This document shows positions 20,397 through 29,908 of a stretch of DNA of 64,000 bases, piece by piece. Positions within the stretch are counted from its first letter, which is position 1. Each line of letters opens with the position of its first letter. Origin of the DNA: a bacterium. Its GTDB lineage: Bacteria; SAR324; JACQKK01. Position numbers and translations under genes: made by a program. Under the pieces are notes generated by a model that was not told the DNA's origin, made no database searches, and saw nothing but the letters and a program-made list of their open reading frames with translations. The stretch lies in contig CBDBIG010000003.1 in assembly GCA_965205845.1 (NCBI GenBank), forward strand, positions 212,453 through 276,452. The letters are read 5' to 3'.

Positions 20397-20984
20397 CTAC
20401 AAGGGGTTTGTCATAAAAATAATTTTGGTGAGGCGTTGGGCTTGGGCTTGCCAATGTTGACCAAGGCGTTCGAACAAGTGATGAAAGGCGAGAAGCGGGA
20501 GGGCACCGACAAGCCCTGCTTGGGTCGTGGAAAGTGCATAGCCTAGACCTTGGGCAAGGGCTTCGCGTGAGGTGTGATGGCTAAGTACTTGAAAAGACTG
20601 GGCGAGGCCAATGACAGTGCCTAGCAAGCCAAGCAAAGGCAAAATGCTAGCCAGCCAGCCAATGGTCGAAACGCGTGTTTCTACTTGGGCTAAGGCAGTG
20701 CAAAAGGCGTTTTCGGCGGTGATTTGTTGGTTTTGTGGATGCGGACCAGCTTGCCATGTGGCATGCAGCATTTGATGCAAAGGGCTAGGTTGGCGGCGTT
20801 GATTTGGTGGATTATGATTGAGCCAGTCCAGTAAATTCTGGCGTTCTTTAATGCGACGCAAAGGGGCGTCCATGCGTTGCCAGCGCAGCCACATCCAAAG
20901 GCGCTCAACAGCCAAGGCAAAACCCAAGCCTGCCAAAAGTGCAATCAGCGGCAATACCCAGCCATTGTTCAACCATTCTCTCAT
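20397..20984 (-). CDS. MotA/TolQ/ExbB-family proton-channel protein, orphan (alternative start 21077)
   Basis: IGWLASILPLLGLLGTVIGLAQSFQVL...AQGLGYALSTTQAGLVGALP aligns with the ExbB IGAISPFVGLFGTVWGIMNSF...PGIAEALLATAIGLVAAIP region. No ExbD/TolR/MotB partner ORF lies downstream. Confidence 0.7.
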   Translation of the reverse strand: MREWLNNGWVLPLIALLAGLGFALAVERLWMWLRWQRMDAPLRRIKERQNLLDWLNHNPPNQRRQPSPLHQMLHATWQAGPHPQNQQITAENAFCTALAQVETRVSTIGWLASILPLLGLLGTVIGLAQSFQVLSHHTSREALAQGLGYALSTTQAGLVGALPLLAFHHLFERLGQHWQAQAQRLTKIIFMTNPL

Positions 20985-21163
20985 TTTTGCTACTCTAACG
21001 TATGAACCCCTCGCCCACTGGTAAATTGTGACTTGCATCGCGAACATAACCGCCTTTTTTGCTGGGCAGCAGTGCAACCAAAAAGGATACGGTGTCGCAA
21101 TACCTCATGCTCTGGGGTAGTAATGAGAAGACAAGCCTTTCGAAGCGCAGCAACATAGGGGGT

Positions 21164-22639
21164 TTACGTGCGGTGGCCTAAAAATAAACGGCGTAGTTGA
21201 TGAAGTTCCATGCGTGTTTGGGGTTGGTTTTCAAGCATTTTTGCTTGCGTTTGGGAAGCCCCCACAACGGTCGATGCGCTGCGCCCACCCAGCAAAGCAG
21301 CAATTTCTTGGTAGGGCAAATGGCTAAATTGGCGCAAGCAATAAATGGCCATGCGCCTTGCGCGGGTAATGTTTGCACCCCGTTTACGGCTGCTTAGGTC
21401 TTGTGCTTGCACCTGAAAATGCTTGCAGATGATGCCCATAATATGCTGTGGGGCAAGGGGTGCCAAATGGGTTTGTCGTTTACGGTCGCGTAAGAAGCCT
21501 TGACACAAAGTTTTGACCTGCTGCAAAGAAAACGGCGACCACGCCGCTTCAAGCCGTTGTTGTGCACTTAGCCGTACCACTGCACCATGAATTTGGCGTA
21601 CATCCTCTGCAAGGTGTTCTTCAAGGTAGCGTAAGGCCTCGGGGTGAATTTTGACGCGCTCTTTTTCGAAAAAAGCGTGCAAAAGTTGGCTTCGCCCTTG
21701 CTGATTGGGGGGGTGAATGGGAAGCACCAACCCCATGTTAAGGCGCGAGTACAAGGCCTCACTTAGGTGTGGGAGGGCATCGGGCAAGCAAGTGCTGGTG
21801 AGTACCAATTGGCGCCGCGCCGCATGCAGGGTATCGATGCAATGCAGTAGGGTTTCTTGCGAGGTCGGGCTAATGAGCAGGTTTTCAATGCCATCGAGCA
21901 AAAGCACTTGAACTTGCTGTAAGGTGTGCTGCCATATATGGCTCCGGCGGCGGCGAATTGCCTCCAGTGTGCGGAGCTTAAAGTGCTCGGCACTCATCAG
22001 CATGAGGTGCTCGGGGTGAGCGGGCCGTAAAGTACTGCTTAAAGCATGGCGCATCGCATAGAGCAGATGGGTTTTGCCCACCCCTGGGGGACCGTAAAAC
22101 ACCAGGGGGTTCCATAACGCAGCTTGTTGTTGGCAAACATCCATGGCGATGCTTAGGGCATTTTGGCTACCTTCGTGGGCAATAAAGGAATCGAAACGCA
22201 ACTTTTCAAGCCAGGCGGGGTGCTCTTGGCCGCTGCCAGCAAAAAGGGAGGCACTGGTTCGAGGGTGCGTTTGGGGGGGAGGGCTTGCAGGCAGTTTGGG
22301 CACAGTCTCAACGGACCCAGAGTTGGCTGCATCCCTCTCACCCCAGCAAAGGGTAACGGGCGGCGCAACCTGCCATTGAGGAAATCCGACCTTCAGTGCC
22401 TCAACCAGCAAAGGGATATACAGGTTTTTAATGCGCTCGCGCAAAAATGGACTATCAATGCCAGACAAACCCACCGCACTGGGCGCAAGAGACACCAGGC
22501 GCAAAGGCGCAAGCCAGGCGTTTTTCTCCTCGGCATCGAGCTTAACAGCCAGCACACCCAATGCTTCCCGCCAGCCTGCAGCCAAAGTCGGCGCATCGCA
22601 TAACACAGCAGATGTCACCCCCCTTTTACCGTCACCCAT
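21164..22639 (-). CDS. dnaA: chromosomal replication initiator protein DnaA
   Basis: Domain I (WREALGVLAVKLDAEEKNAWLAPLRLVSL). AAA+ Walker A NPLVFYGPPGVGKTHLL and box VII/sensor regions. Domain IV HTH ANITRARRMAIYCLRQFSHLPYQEIAALLGGRSASTV. Confidence 0.85.
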   Translation of the reverse strand: MGDGKRGVTSAVLCDAPTLAAGWREALGVLAVKLDAEEKNAWLAPLRLVSLAPSAVGLSGIDSPFLRERIKNLYIPLLVEALKVGFPQWQVAPPVTLCWGERDAANSGSVETVPKLPASPPPQTHPRTSASLFAGSGQEHPAWLEKLRFDSFIAHEGSQNALSIAMDVCQQQAALWNPLVFYGPPGVGKTHLLYAMRHALSSTLRPAHPEHLMLMSAEHFKLRTLEAIRRRRSHIWQHTLQQVQVLLLDGIENLLISPTSQETLLHCIDTLHAARRQLVLTSTCLPDALPHLSEALYSRLNMGLVLPIHPPNQQGRSQLLHAFFEKERVKIHPEALRYLEEHLAEDVRQIHGAVVRLSAQQRLEAAWSPFSLQQVKTLCQGFLRDRKRQTHLAPLAPQHIMGIICKHFQVQAQDLSSRKRGANITRARRMAIYCLRQFSHLPYQEIAALLGGRSASTVVGASQTQAKMLENQPQTRMELHQLRRLFLGHRT

Positions 22640-23506
22640 CTGCTTCCATTTTGTTTTCTGGTATTTGATTGTCCTGCCATCACAAAGGTATCGTGCACCC
22701 CGCGGGGCAAAATGCTCGCCGAATTCATAGGCCCACGCAAGTGGTTGCGCGATACCTCAAAAACCGTTGCCCCCACGTTAGGGCGCAACGATTTGCCACC
22801 CTCGATGCTAGCACGGGAGCTTGCAAAAGCCTTCATGTTTTTCACTATCTTCCTTTTTTTCACCAGATGCATCCCTCTTTTTATCGTTCCATTTTGGGCC
22901 TTGCCTAGCAGAGCATGTCTTTAGAGAGGATTGTGCCCGGACACTTGCTTTGACACTGGTCAAAAAGAAATGGTTTTATGTGGTTTTTCAACAGTTTACG
23001 GGCAGTGTGTTTGCGCCAAAAGGGTGGTGTAAATTGTCCCGCCAAAAAAACGGTGTAATGCGGGTTTGCGCGTTTTTGGGACACATGGGCTTACACTCGG
23101 TACGCGCTTCATTCGAAGGGTTTTAGAAGGGGGCAAACTGCGTTCGATAAGGGTAAGTTCAAATGCCGCTTTGCAATTCGCAAAAAGGCTTACCACCAAA
23201 TGGAAAGGGTTCTTCCCTTTAGGGTGGTCATAAACCCCTTGGCGCGCAGCGCTCTGGCAGCAGATAACCCCGCATGGCGGTTAGGGGGGTGCAAAATGCA
23301 GCCCTTCGACCCACGCTCTCGCTCTGCCCCGGCTTGTTTTAAGGCGGTTTGGGTAAAGTTTGCGCTTATGCTTCGCCAGCCTGCCGCAATGCCCCCTGCC
23401 AAGGTGCTTTTGCTGTGCGCCAGCATTATAACCAGCAAGGTTTCCGCGCCGCGCCACACCAAAATGCCAAGGGTGGCACCCCCCAGTGCCCATAAAAACC
23501 CTTGGC

Positions 23507-23551
23507 GCAACTGGGGCAACTGGGGCAACTGGGGCAACTGGGGCAACTGGG
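23507..23551. repeat. simple sequence repeat (GCAACTGGG)x5
   Basis: Five perfect 9-bp repeats are followed by a degenerate sixth (gcaacgata). They sit in the region upstream of dnaA. Confidence 0.9.
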
Positions 23552-23583
23552 GCAACGATAGCATTAACTTGCATTAACGCGCA

Positions 23584-24057
23584 TTAAATGCGCCACAAAG
23601 GCATACAAACCAAGGCTTGCCTCGCATTGGGGGGCTTGGCGCTGGGGGTGTAACACGCCCAACCCTTGCTGGCTAAGCCATTTGGCAGCATCTTTGCCAT
23701 GTCTTTGCCATCTGCGCATACGCTGGCGTGCAGGCTGCGGTTTTTGCGCTTTGTGTTTACTAAAAAAATATCATCGGCGCGTTCAAGCAGGCCACGCATG
23801 GCATCGCGCGCGCTGCTGGCCTTGCTTAAGGTGGGTTCGCGTAGTTTTGGCGTTTGCAACCCCACAATTTGCACCTGAACCCCCTCGCCTAAAATGGGGT
23901 GGTGACTGGGCAGGGTAAACCTGCAGGTGTTGCCATCATAACAACCGACTATGTGCGCCTTAAACACCCTTAAAGAGCGGTTTTGGCTTAACCAAATCTC
24001 TGCAAATACAAGGCTTAATGTTATAAAAGCCAGTAAAAACAACGCTATATCTCGCAT
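23584..24057 (-). CDS. SNase-like (staphylococcal/thermonuclease-type) nuclease, secreted
   Basis: N-terminal signal/TM segment. HIVGCYDGNTCRF...VQVQIVGLQTPKLREP matches the SNase active-site region (D..GDT...R..GIDAPE). Confidence 0.6.
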   Translation of the reverse strand: MRDIALFLLAFITLSLVFAEIWLSQNRSLRVFKAHIVGCYDGNTCRFTLPSHHPILGEGVQVQIVGLQTPKLREPTLSKASSARDAMRGLLERADDIFLVNTKRKNRSLHASVCADGKDMAKMLPNGLASKGWACYTPSAKPPNARQALVCMPLWRI

Positions 24058-24199
24058 GTGCCACCCACCTTACCCACGCTAGGTTTTTTTACCCCAGTGT
24101 GACCGTAAAGTGGTGCCAACAATGTAGCGATTTTGTGAAATTTCTAAGGAATAATGCGTTTGAAGCGTAAAACCAAACCCCCAAAACCACCCCGTAAAA

Positions 24200-24228
24200 G
24201 TTCAAAGCTAGGTGCTCTAGCTTTGAAC
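24200..24228. promoter_or_regulatory. perfect 12-bp inverted repeat with 5-bp spacer (GTTCAAAGCTAG-gtgct-CTAGCTTTGAAC), followed by a direct repeat of agctttgaactc
   Basis: Seen directly in the sequence between the SNase gene start and the Mu B-like gene. It resembles an operator or terminator. Confidence 0.4.
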
Positions 24229-24477
24229 TCAGCTTTGAACTCAATTTTTCGCCCTTTTCATGGATCAAACCCTTGTTTTGAAAATACTTTTGCGTGATTG
24301 GCCTAGAGATAAAAAATAATCTACCATTGCCACTCCTTTTTTTTTAAACCGCCCTGGGTTGCACGTAAATCACGGGCACAACCTGTTCTATTTCGTCCAT
24401 GTTTTCTTACAAGGTGTAGGGTTTTCGCTCCCCGGTTTTGGGGTCGGGGTCGTCCCATTTTTGGAGCACCAGCCAGG

Positions 24478-25450
24478 TTGCCCCCCCTTCTTTGCGCTTT
24501 AATTCTTTCACCAATCCCAAACGGGCAAGGCTGTTCGGCTTTAGCACAAACACCACATCGCCAAGCCCAGCAGTGCCTGTCCCAAGCCGATGCGGCCAAG
24601 CGGATTGGGTGCGGGGCAACAGCGCTTTCGCGCTGGCTTAACGGCAAGTACACGGGCGATAACGCCGCCCTTGAAGCCAAGGTTTGCCAATGGCTAGAAG
24701 ACCAAGCCTGCCAAACCGCCTTTTTGCCCAGCAAGGGCGCAGACTGGATAGAAACCCCCACAGCCCGCCAAATCGGCATGGCCATTGCCTACGCCCACCT
24801 AAGCCGCGACATCGCGGTGGTGTGCGGTGGCGCAGGGGTTGGCAAAACCATCACCGCCCAGCACTACGCCCAAACCCGCCCTAATTGCTGGGTGTGCACA
24901 ATGGTGCCCAGTTTTGCCAGCGCCCCTGCCTGCCTTAAAGCCCTTTTGTTTGCCCTTGCCCCAAGCCAGCGCGCGGACGGACGCGGGGGAGATGTGGTTT
25001 ACCGCATGCTTCTCAGCCTATCTCTCAAAAAAAGACGCCCTGCTGATTATAGACGAGGCACAGCACCTTACCCGCCCCGCCTTGGAATGCCTACGCGCTT
25101 TGCACGATGCCACTGCTTGCGCCCTGGTGTTCATGGGCAACGAGAGCGTCTACACCCGGATGAGCGGCCCGCGCTCGGCAGAGTATGCCCAGTTGTTTAG
25201 CCGCGTTGGCAAGGTGTTAAACCCCAAAAAAGCCCGCCGTGCCGATGTAGAGGCCATTGCCCAAGCATGGGGAGTAAGCGAGCAGAAAGCCCTTGGCTTT
25301 TTAATCAAAATTGGTCACGGCCACGGCGCACTGCGTGAGGTTACCAAAACCCTACGCTTGGCCAGCCTGGCGGCAAACGGGGCACGGCAGGCCCTTAGCC
25401 TAAGCCACCTTAAAACCGCTTATTCCGAGCGGGGAGGAGTTAGCGAATGA
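24478..25450 (+). pseudogene. Mu B-like DNA transposition ATPase, frameshifted near 24990-25020
   Basis: Frame 1 holds the N-terminal HTH (GKYTGDNAALEAKVCQWLED, cf. Mu B DKYNGDNERVSQMLQRWLE) and Walker A (IAVVCGGAGVGKTITAQHY). Frame 2 holds Walker B (LLIIDEAQHL), VFMGNESVYTRMSG and EYAQLFSRV...KKARRADVEAIAQAW. All of these track Mu B. Confidence 0.75.
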
Positions 25451-26186
25451 ACCCGATCAAGCCCAAAAACAGGCGTCTGCGTGCACCTGCCTGTTCGCAT
25501 TTATACGCGGCACACAAGCAGCCCCATGTTTTGCTTAAATAAATAAAGGAGACCCGTCATGAAAATTGACATCAACAGTTTAAGCGCAGCACGACAAAAA
25601 TGGCATCTCAAAGGGGAGACGCGCCTATAAGGCATGGGTAAAAAACCTCTTTTTTTTGCGTGGCCAAGGCAGGAGGGGGTTTGTTCGCCCCAGCAACCGA
25701 CCCCGCGCAGGGCTACAACGCTGGCAAGGAGGGCTATAGATGAAAACGCCAAAGGTTTATGTTGGCGCACGCTTAGAAAAAGGGATGCCCCCCCTTTAAA
25801 CCACACCCTGACACCCTTAATAAGGAGTCCCCACATGCAAGCCCAAACCATCCCCCAGGTTGGAATATGCATCACGCTATAAAAAAAGCGACCCTTGCGC
25901 ATGAGGTGGCGCTATGAGTTTTTTGCAAACGCTTTGCGACGCCGTAGTGAGCGGATTTGGGTTTTTTATGGGTGGGTTCGCTGCCTACGGCATGTTGGAA
26001 ATGTGCGAGGAGGGCCCATGAAAACCAAATCCTTTTGCCCCAACGAGCAAGCCTACCGCAATAAAAAATACGCGGCCCTGCACGCCCAATCGAGCAAAAT
26101 GGGCTTTCGGCGATGCCCAATACCGCGGGCTGGGTAAGCAACTACGGCGTGCGCAGCGCAAAAAACCTGAGCACCTTAAAACGGGC

Positions 26187-27143
26187 TTGCCCGTGCGCGG
26201 AGGCTTGGCTCGCGTGGCCGTTTGGAGTTACCTCTTTAAGGCCTACGCGCTCAAAGACTGGGCAGCCTTTTTAGAGGTGTTTGGGATGCCCTTGCGCATT
26301 GGGCGTTATGGGCCAGGGGCTAGCGATGAAGACAAGCGCATCCTGCGTCAAGCGGTGATCAACCTTGGGAGCGATGCGGCTGCCGTGTTGCACGAGAGCA
26401 TGCAAATAGAGTTTCAAGATGCCGTGCAGGGCCGGGGCGGGGAGGGCCTGTTTTTGGCAGCGGCCGAGTTTTGGGATAAGCAAACCAGCAAGGCGGTGCT
26501 TGGGCAAACCGCCAGCACCGAGGGCACCCCTGGCAAACTGGGCAACGATGCCGCCCAAATGGAGGTGCGCCAAGACATACTGCGCGCAGACGCCGCCGTT
26601 TTGGCAGCCACCTTAAACCGCGACCTGGTCAAGCCTTTCATTGACCTTAATTTTGGCCAGCCCCCCGATAACCGCTATCCGCGAATTGTGTTGCCTTTGC
26701 CTGAGCCCGACAAAATGGAGGCAATCGTTGATGCCATTGCCCGCCTTGTGCCCCTTGGCTTGCGCGTTGACCAGCACACCCTGTGCGAGTTGCTCGGTTT
26801 GCCCGAACCGGGCTCCGATGCCCAGTTGCTTGGTACGCCAGCCAGCGCAACCCAAGCCAGCAACCAAGCCCTAGGGCACATATTAACAGCCCTTGCCCAA
26901 GCAACACCAGCCCAAGCGCAAAGCGAATTAGATGCCTTGACAGAGGAAACAACCCAAAACTGGCAGCCCTTGCTGGCGCCCTTGCTTGATCCCTTGGTGC
27001 AAGCCCTTGGCCAAGCGAAGAGCCCAACAGACCTCGCGCGCTTGCTCGCCCAAGCCTTGCCCGAGAGCGATCCGGCCCCCCTTGCCAAGGCGATTGCCCG
27101 CGCCACCTTTAAAGCGCGTGGCATGGGTGATGGGGAAGGCTAA
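26187..27143 (+). pseudogene. Mu gp29-like portal protein (DUF935), N-terminally truncated
   Basis: Only about 318 aa, corresponding to the C-terminal half of a ~500-aa portal (WSYLFKAYALKDWAAFLEVFGMPLRIGRY..). The ORF opens with TTG directly after a stop. Confidence 0.65.
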
Positions 27144-27148
27144 AAACC

Positions 27149-29242
27149 ATGCCCACACCCAAGCCAGGCTTTCATTTTACACCCACCCCGCCCAAAGAAG
27201 CCCTTGCCTACCTCAAGGCCAAAAAACTAAAACCCGCCTTTGACTATCGCGATGTTTGGCGTGAGGAGCACGCCTTGGGCTTTAGCGTGGCCAAGGCAAT
27301 GCAGTTGGATGTGTTGCGTGCCATCCGCGATGGTCTTGCTGAGGCGCTGGCCAAGGGCAAAACCTTTGAGGGTTTTAAAAAAGACCTCATCCCCACCCTC
27401 CAACAAAAAGGATGGTGGGGCATAAAAGGCAAAAAAGACCCCAAAACGGGCAAGATAGAGCAAGTGCGCCTTGGGAGCCCGCGCCGTTTACGCACCATTT
27501 TTTGGGCCAACACGCGCACCGCCTATGCTGCGGGGCAGTGGGAACGCATTGAGCGCGAAGCAGCTACCCACCCCTACCTGCGCTATGAACTGGGCCCCAG
27601 CAAGGAGCACCGTTTGGAGCATCAGCACTGGAACGGGCTTATTTTGTCCAGCAGCGATGCTTGGTGGAACGCCCACATGCCACCCAACGGCTGGGGCTGT
27701 AAGTGCCGCGTCAGGCTTTTAAGCAAGGCCGAGGCAGGGCGCTTGGGTGGCCCAGGCAAACCGCCCACCAACAAAACCCGCCCTTGGCTTAACAAGCGCA
27801 CAGGCCAAATTGAACGCGTGCCCCAAGGCATAGACCCAGGCTGGGATACCAACCCAGGCAAGGTACGCAGCCAAGCCTTGGCCAACATGCTGGCGGCAAA
27901 AAGCGCAGATGCGCCCGTTGCAACCCTCGGCCCGATCCCCCTGCTCGAAGAGCGGGCGGTCATGAAAAAAAAGTTAAGCAAGGCCAAGGGCAGCAACCAA
28001 GGGGGCGTCTATCAAGGGGCAGACGGCATCAAGCGCTACGTCAAGTTTTACACCGACCCTGGCCAAGTCTACGGCGAGGCGGCGGTCAATGCAATCTATG
28101 CCCAGTTGGCGGTCAATGCGTCCAAAAGCGCCTTGGTTGCCCGCAAACAAGGGGGGCTTGCCCTGGCCACCGAGTGGATTGAAGGGGCAGCCCCAATCGC
28201 CTTGGACGAACTAACCCAAGCCAAGGCAAAAAAACTGCTTGACGGGGTGGCGGCAGATGCTTGGCTGGCCAACTGGGATGCCTTGGGGCAAACCTTTGAT
28301 AACGTGGTTTGGCAAAAAGGCGCCCCCGTGCGGATTGACAACAGCGGGGCGCTCTTGTTTCGAGCCAAAGCGGGGCGCAAAAATACCAAGGCACTGGCCA
28401 CAATAGGCGAAGCCGAGGGCTTTTTTCACCCTGCCACCAACCCCACTTACGCCAAGGCAATGGAAAAAGCGGGGGTGCGCATTTACGAGGCGCTGGGGGA
28501 TCACTGGCTTAAGACCGAGCGAGCGATTAGCAACCTAAGCAAAAAAACCAACGCCTTTGCCGACCTCTTGCCCCCCGTGCCAGGGGTGCCCGAGCCCGAG
28601 CGCCTTGCCATGCTACAAACCTTGCAAAAGCGTGCTATGCTCCTCAAGGGGGTGTCGCGCAAGGTGCGTGCCTTTGCCAAATTGCCCGTCCACGAGCAGG
28701 GTTTGATGAACCTCAAAGGCTATCAATACCAAATCTTGCTTGGGCAGGCGAACACAAGGGCGAAGGAATCGGGTGTCGTGCACCGTTTCTCCGAGCCCGA
28801 GTTGGCTGCCTTGCACGGCTACACGGTCATCGATTATAAACCGATTAACCAGGCCAAGCGCGGGAAACTGCCCAAAGCCCTGGGAGAGGAATACGCCCAC
28901 TACACCAAAACCATCATCGCGGGGCTGGCAAAACTCCCCAACTACCGGGGGAAGGTCACCCGAGGGACGACCCTGCCCGAAAGTGAACTGGCCAAAATTA
29001 AGCCAGGCAAGGTTTGGACACCCAAAGGCTTTACCAGCACATCCACGGGTAAAGCCTTTGGTGGGCCGCATCGGCTGAAAATACAGAGCCGCACGGGCAA
29101 GGAGGTATCTTGGATATCCCGGCACGCGCACGAAAAAGAGGTCCTCTTTAAACCAGGAACCAGGTTTCTCGTTAAGGAACGAGTACGAAACGGCAAAACA
29201 ACTTTGATAAAACTTGAAGAGGTTAAAGACGATGATAAGTGA
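27149..29242 (+). CDS. MuF-family head-morphogenesis protein fused to a C-terminal ADP-ribosyltransferase (R-S-E class) toxin domain; intact 697-aa ORF
   Basis: The N-terminal Phage_Mu_F region is FWANTRTAYAAGQWERIE...HQHWNGL...PPNGWGCKCRV. The C-terminal ~170 aa carry the catalytic triad of C2/C3/iota-type ARTs: YRGKVTRG (Arg), GFTSTSTGK (STS) and HAHEKEVLFKPGTRFLV (ExE followed by LF..G..F.V). Confidence 0.8.
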   Translation: MPTPKPGFHFTPTPPKEALAYLKAKKLKPAFDYRDVWREEHALGFSVAKAMQLDVLRAIRDGLAEALAKGKTFEGFKKDLIPTLQQKGWWGIKGKKDPKTGKIEQVRLGSPRRLRTIFWANTRTAYAAGQWERIEREAATHPYLRYELGPSKEHRLEHQHWNGLILSSSDAWWNAHMPPNGWGCKCRVRLLSKAEAGRLGGPGKPPTNKTRPWLNKRTGQIERVPQGIDPGWDTNPGKVRSQALANMLAAKSADAPVATLGPIPLLEERAVMKKKLSKAKGSNQGGVYQGADGIKRYVKFYTDPGQVYGEAAVNAIYAQLAVNASKSALVARKQGGLALATEWIEGAAPIALDELTQAKAKKLLDGVAADAWLANWDALGQTFDNVVWQKGAPVRIDNSGALLFRAKAGRKNTKALATIGEAEGFFHPATNPTYAKAMEKAGVRIYEALGDHWLKTERAISNLSKKTNAFADLLPPVPGVPEPERLAMLQTLQKRAMLLKGVSRKVRAFAKLPVHEQGLMNLKGYQYQILLGQANTRAKESGVVHRFSEPELAALHGYTVIDYKPINQAKRGKLPKALGEEYAHYTKTIIAGLAKLPNYRGKVTRGTTLPESELAKIKPGKVWTPKGFTSTSTGKAFGGPHRLKIQSRTGKEVSWISRHAHEKEVLFKPGTRFLVKERVRNGKTTLIKLEEVKDDDK

Positions 29243-29414
29243 GGAAATGAAGCAATTTATTGAAGAGTCACGGGAATATGACCGCCTGCTTAAAGAAGGC
29301 AAACTCAAGCCTGTGTCAAGGCACCTGCAGGCCAAAATGGACAGTGGTGGGCCCTTTGCGGACGAAATTCACGATGCTCCCCCCGCCAAACCCAAACCGG
29401 GCAAAAAAGGCTAA
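29232..29414 (+). CDS. small ORF, translationally coupled to the MuF-ART gene; candidate immunity/antitoxin protein
   Basis: Its ATG overlaps the toxin stop (gATGAtaagTGA). It encodes 60 aa, acidic at the N-terminus and basic at the C-terminus (MISEEMKQFIEESREYDRLLKEGK...). No homology is recognised. Confidence 0.35.
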   Translation: MISEEMKQFIEESREYDRLLKEGKLKPVSRHLQAKMDSGGPFADEIHDAPPAKPKPGKKG

Positions 29415-29516
29415 GGCAAGTGTGGTTATTCACCCCAAAGGCCTTTCTTTCTATTGTGGCGCACACAGACGACCCCGCCAACTTGCGCCTGGTGCGTGCC
29501 CGCCGCCCTGGTGAGA

Positions 29517-29690
29517 TTGAGGCGCTTTTTCCTGTTGCGCTCGTGCACACCACTCCCGACGCCGATTTATCCCTATTGAGGCGCTTTTTCCTGTTGCGCT
29601 CGTGCACACCCCCAATGCCGATTTATCCCTATTGAGGCGCTTTTTCCTGTTGCGCTCGTGCACACCACTCCCGACGCCGATTACCCCTTT
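29517..29690. repeat. tandem repeat: ~57-60 bp unit x3
   Basis: The unit ttgaggcgctttttcctgttgcgctcgtgcacacc[actcccgac/cccaat]gccgatttatccctat recurs at 29517, 29576 and 29632. Confidence 0.85.
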
Positions 29691-29908
29691 CGCGCATGCC
29701 TGCCAGCCCAGCAAAGCGCCTGCCTTGCACAGCGTCTGGGCTGTAATGGCCAACCAATACGAGCAAGGGCGCTAAAACGCTTTTAAGCCCTTTATCCCCC
29801 TCCTCTAGCCCAACTCCCCAGCCAAACATTTTGCAACGCTTTTCAACGCGTTTAAACGGGGTTTAAACGGGGGTATTTACCCCTGGCAAAAGTTTGCAAA
29901 GGGGGTAG

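Noticed and set aside
22640-23200. oriC / DnaA-box cluster upstream of dnaA
   Set aside because: Only partial matches to TTATCCACA were seen (e.g. ttatgtggt). There is no AT-rich DUE and no clustered consensus boxes, so the region is not called as an origin.
23190-23577. Overlapping ~125-aa ORFs on both strands between dnaA and the SNase gene
   Set aside because: No recognisable domains were found. The composition is dominated by the (GCAACTGGG)n repeat, which produces (NWG)n or (PVA)n peptides. This is probably non-coding.
28000-28450. Possible kinase-like or second toxin module in the middle of the MuF-ART protein (DAWLANWD...NVVW...RIDNSGALLFRAKAGRK)
   Set aside because: No canonical kinase catalytic loop (HxDxxxxN or DxHxxN) or DFG motif could be identified by eye. 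It is left as an unassigned linker within the toxin gene.
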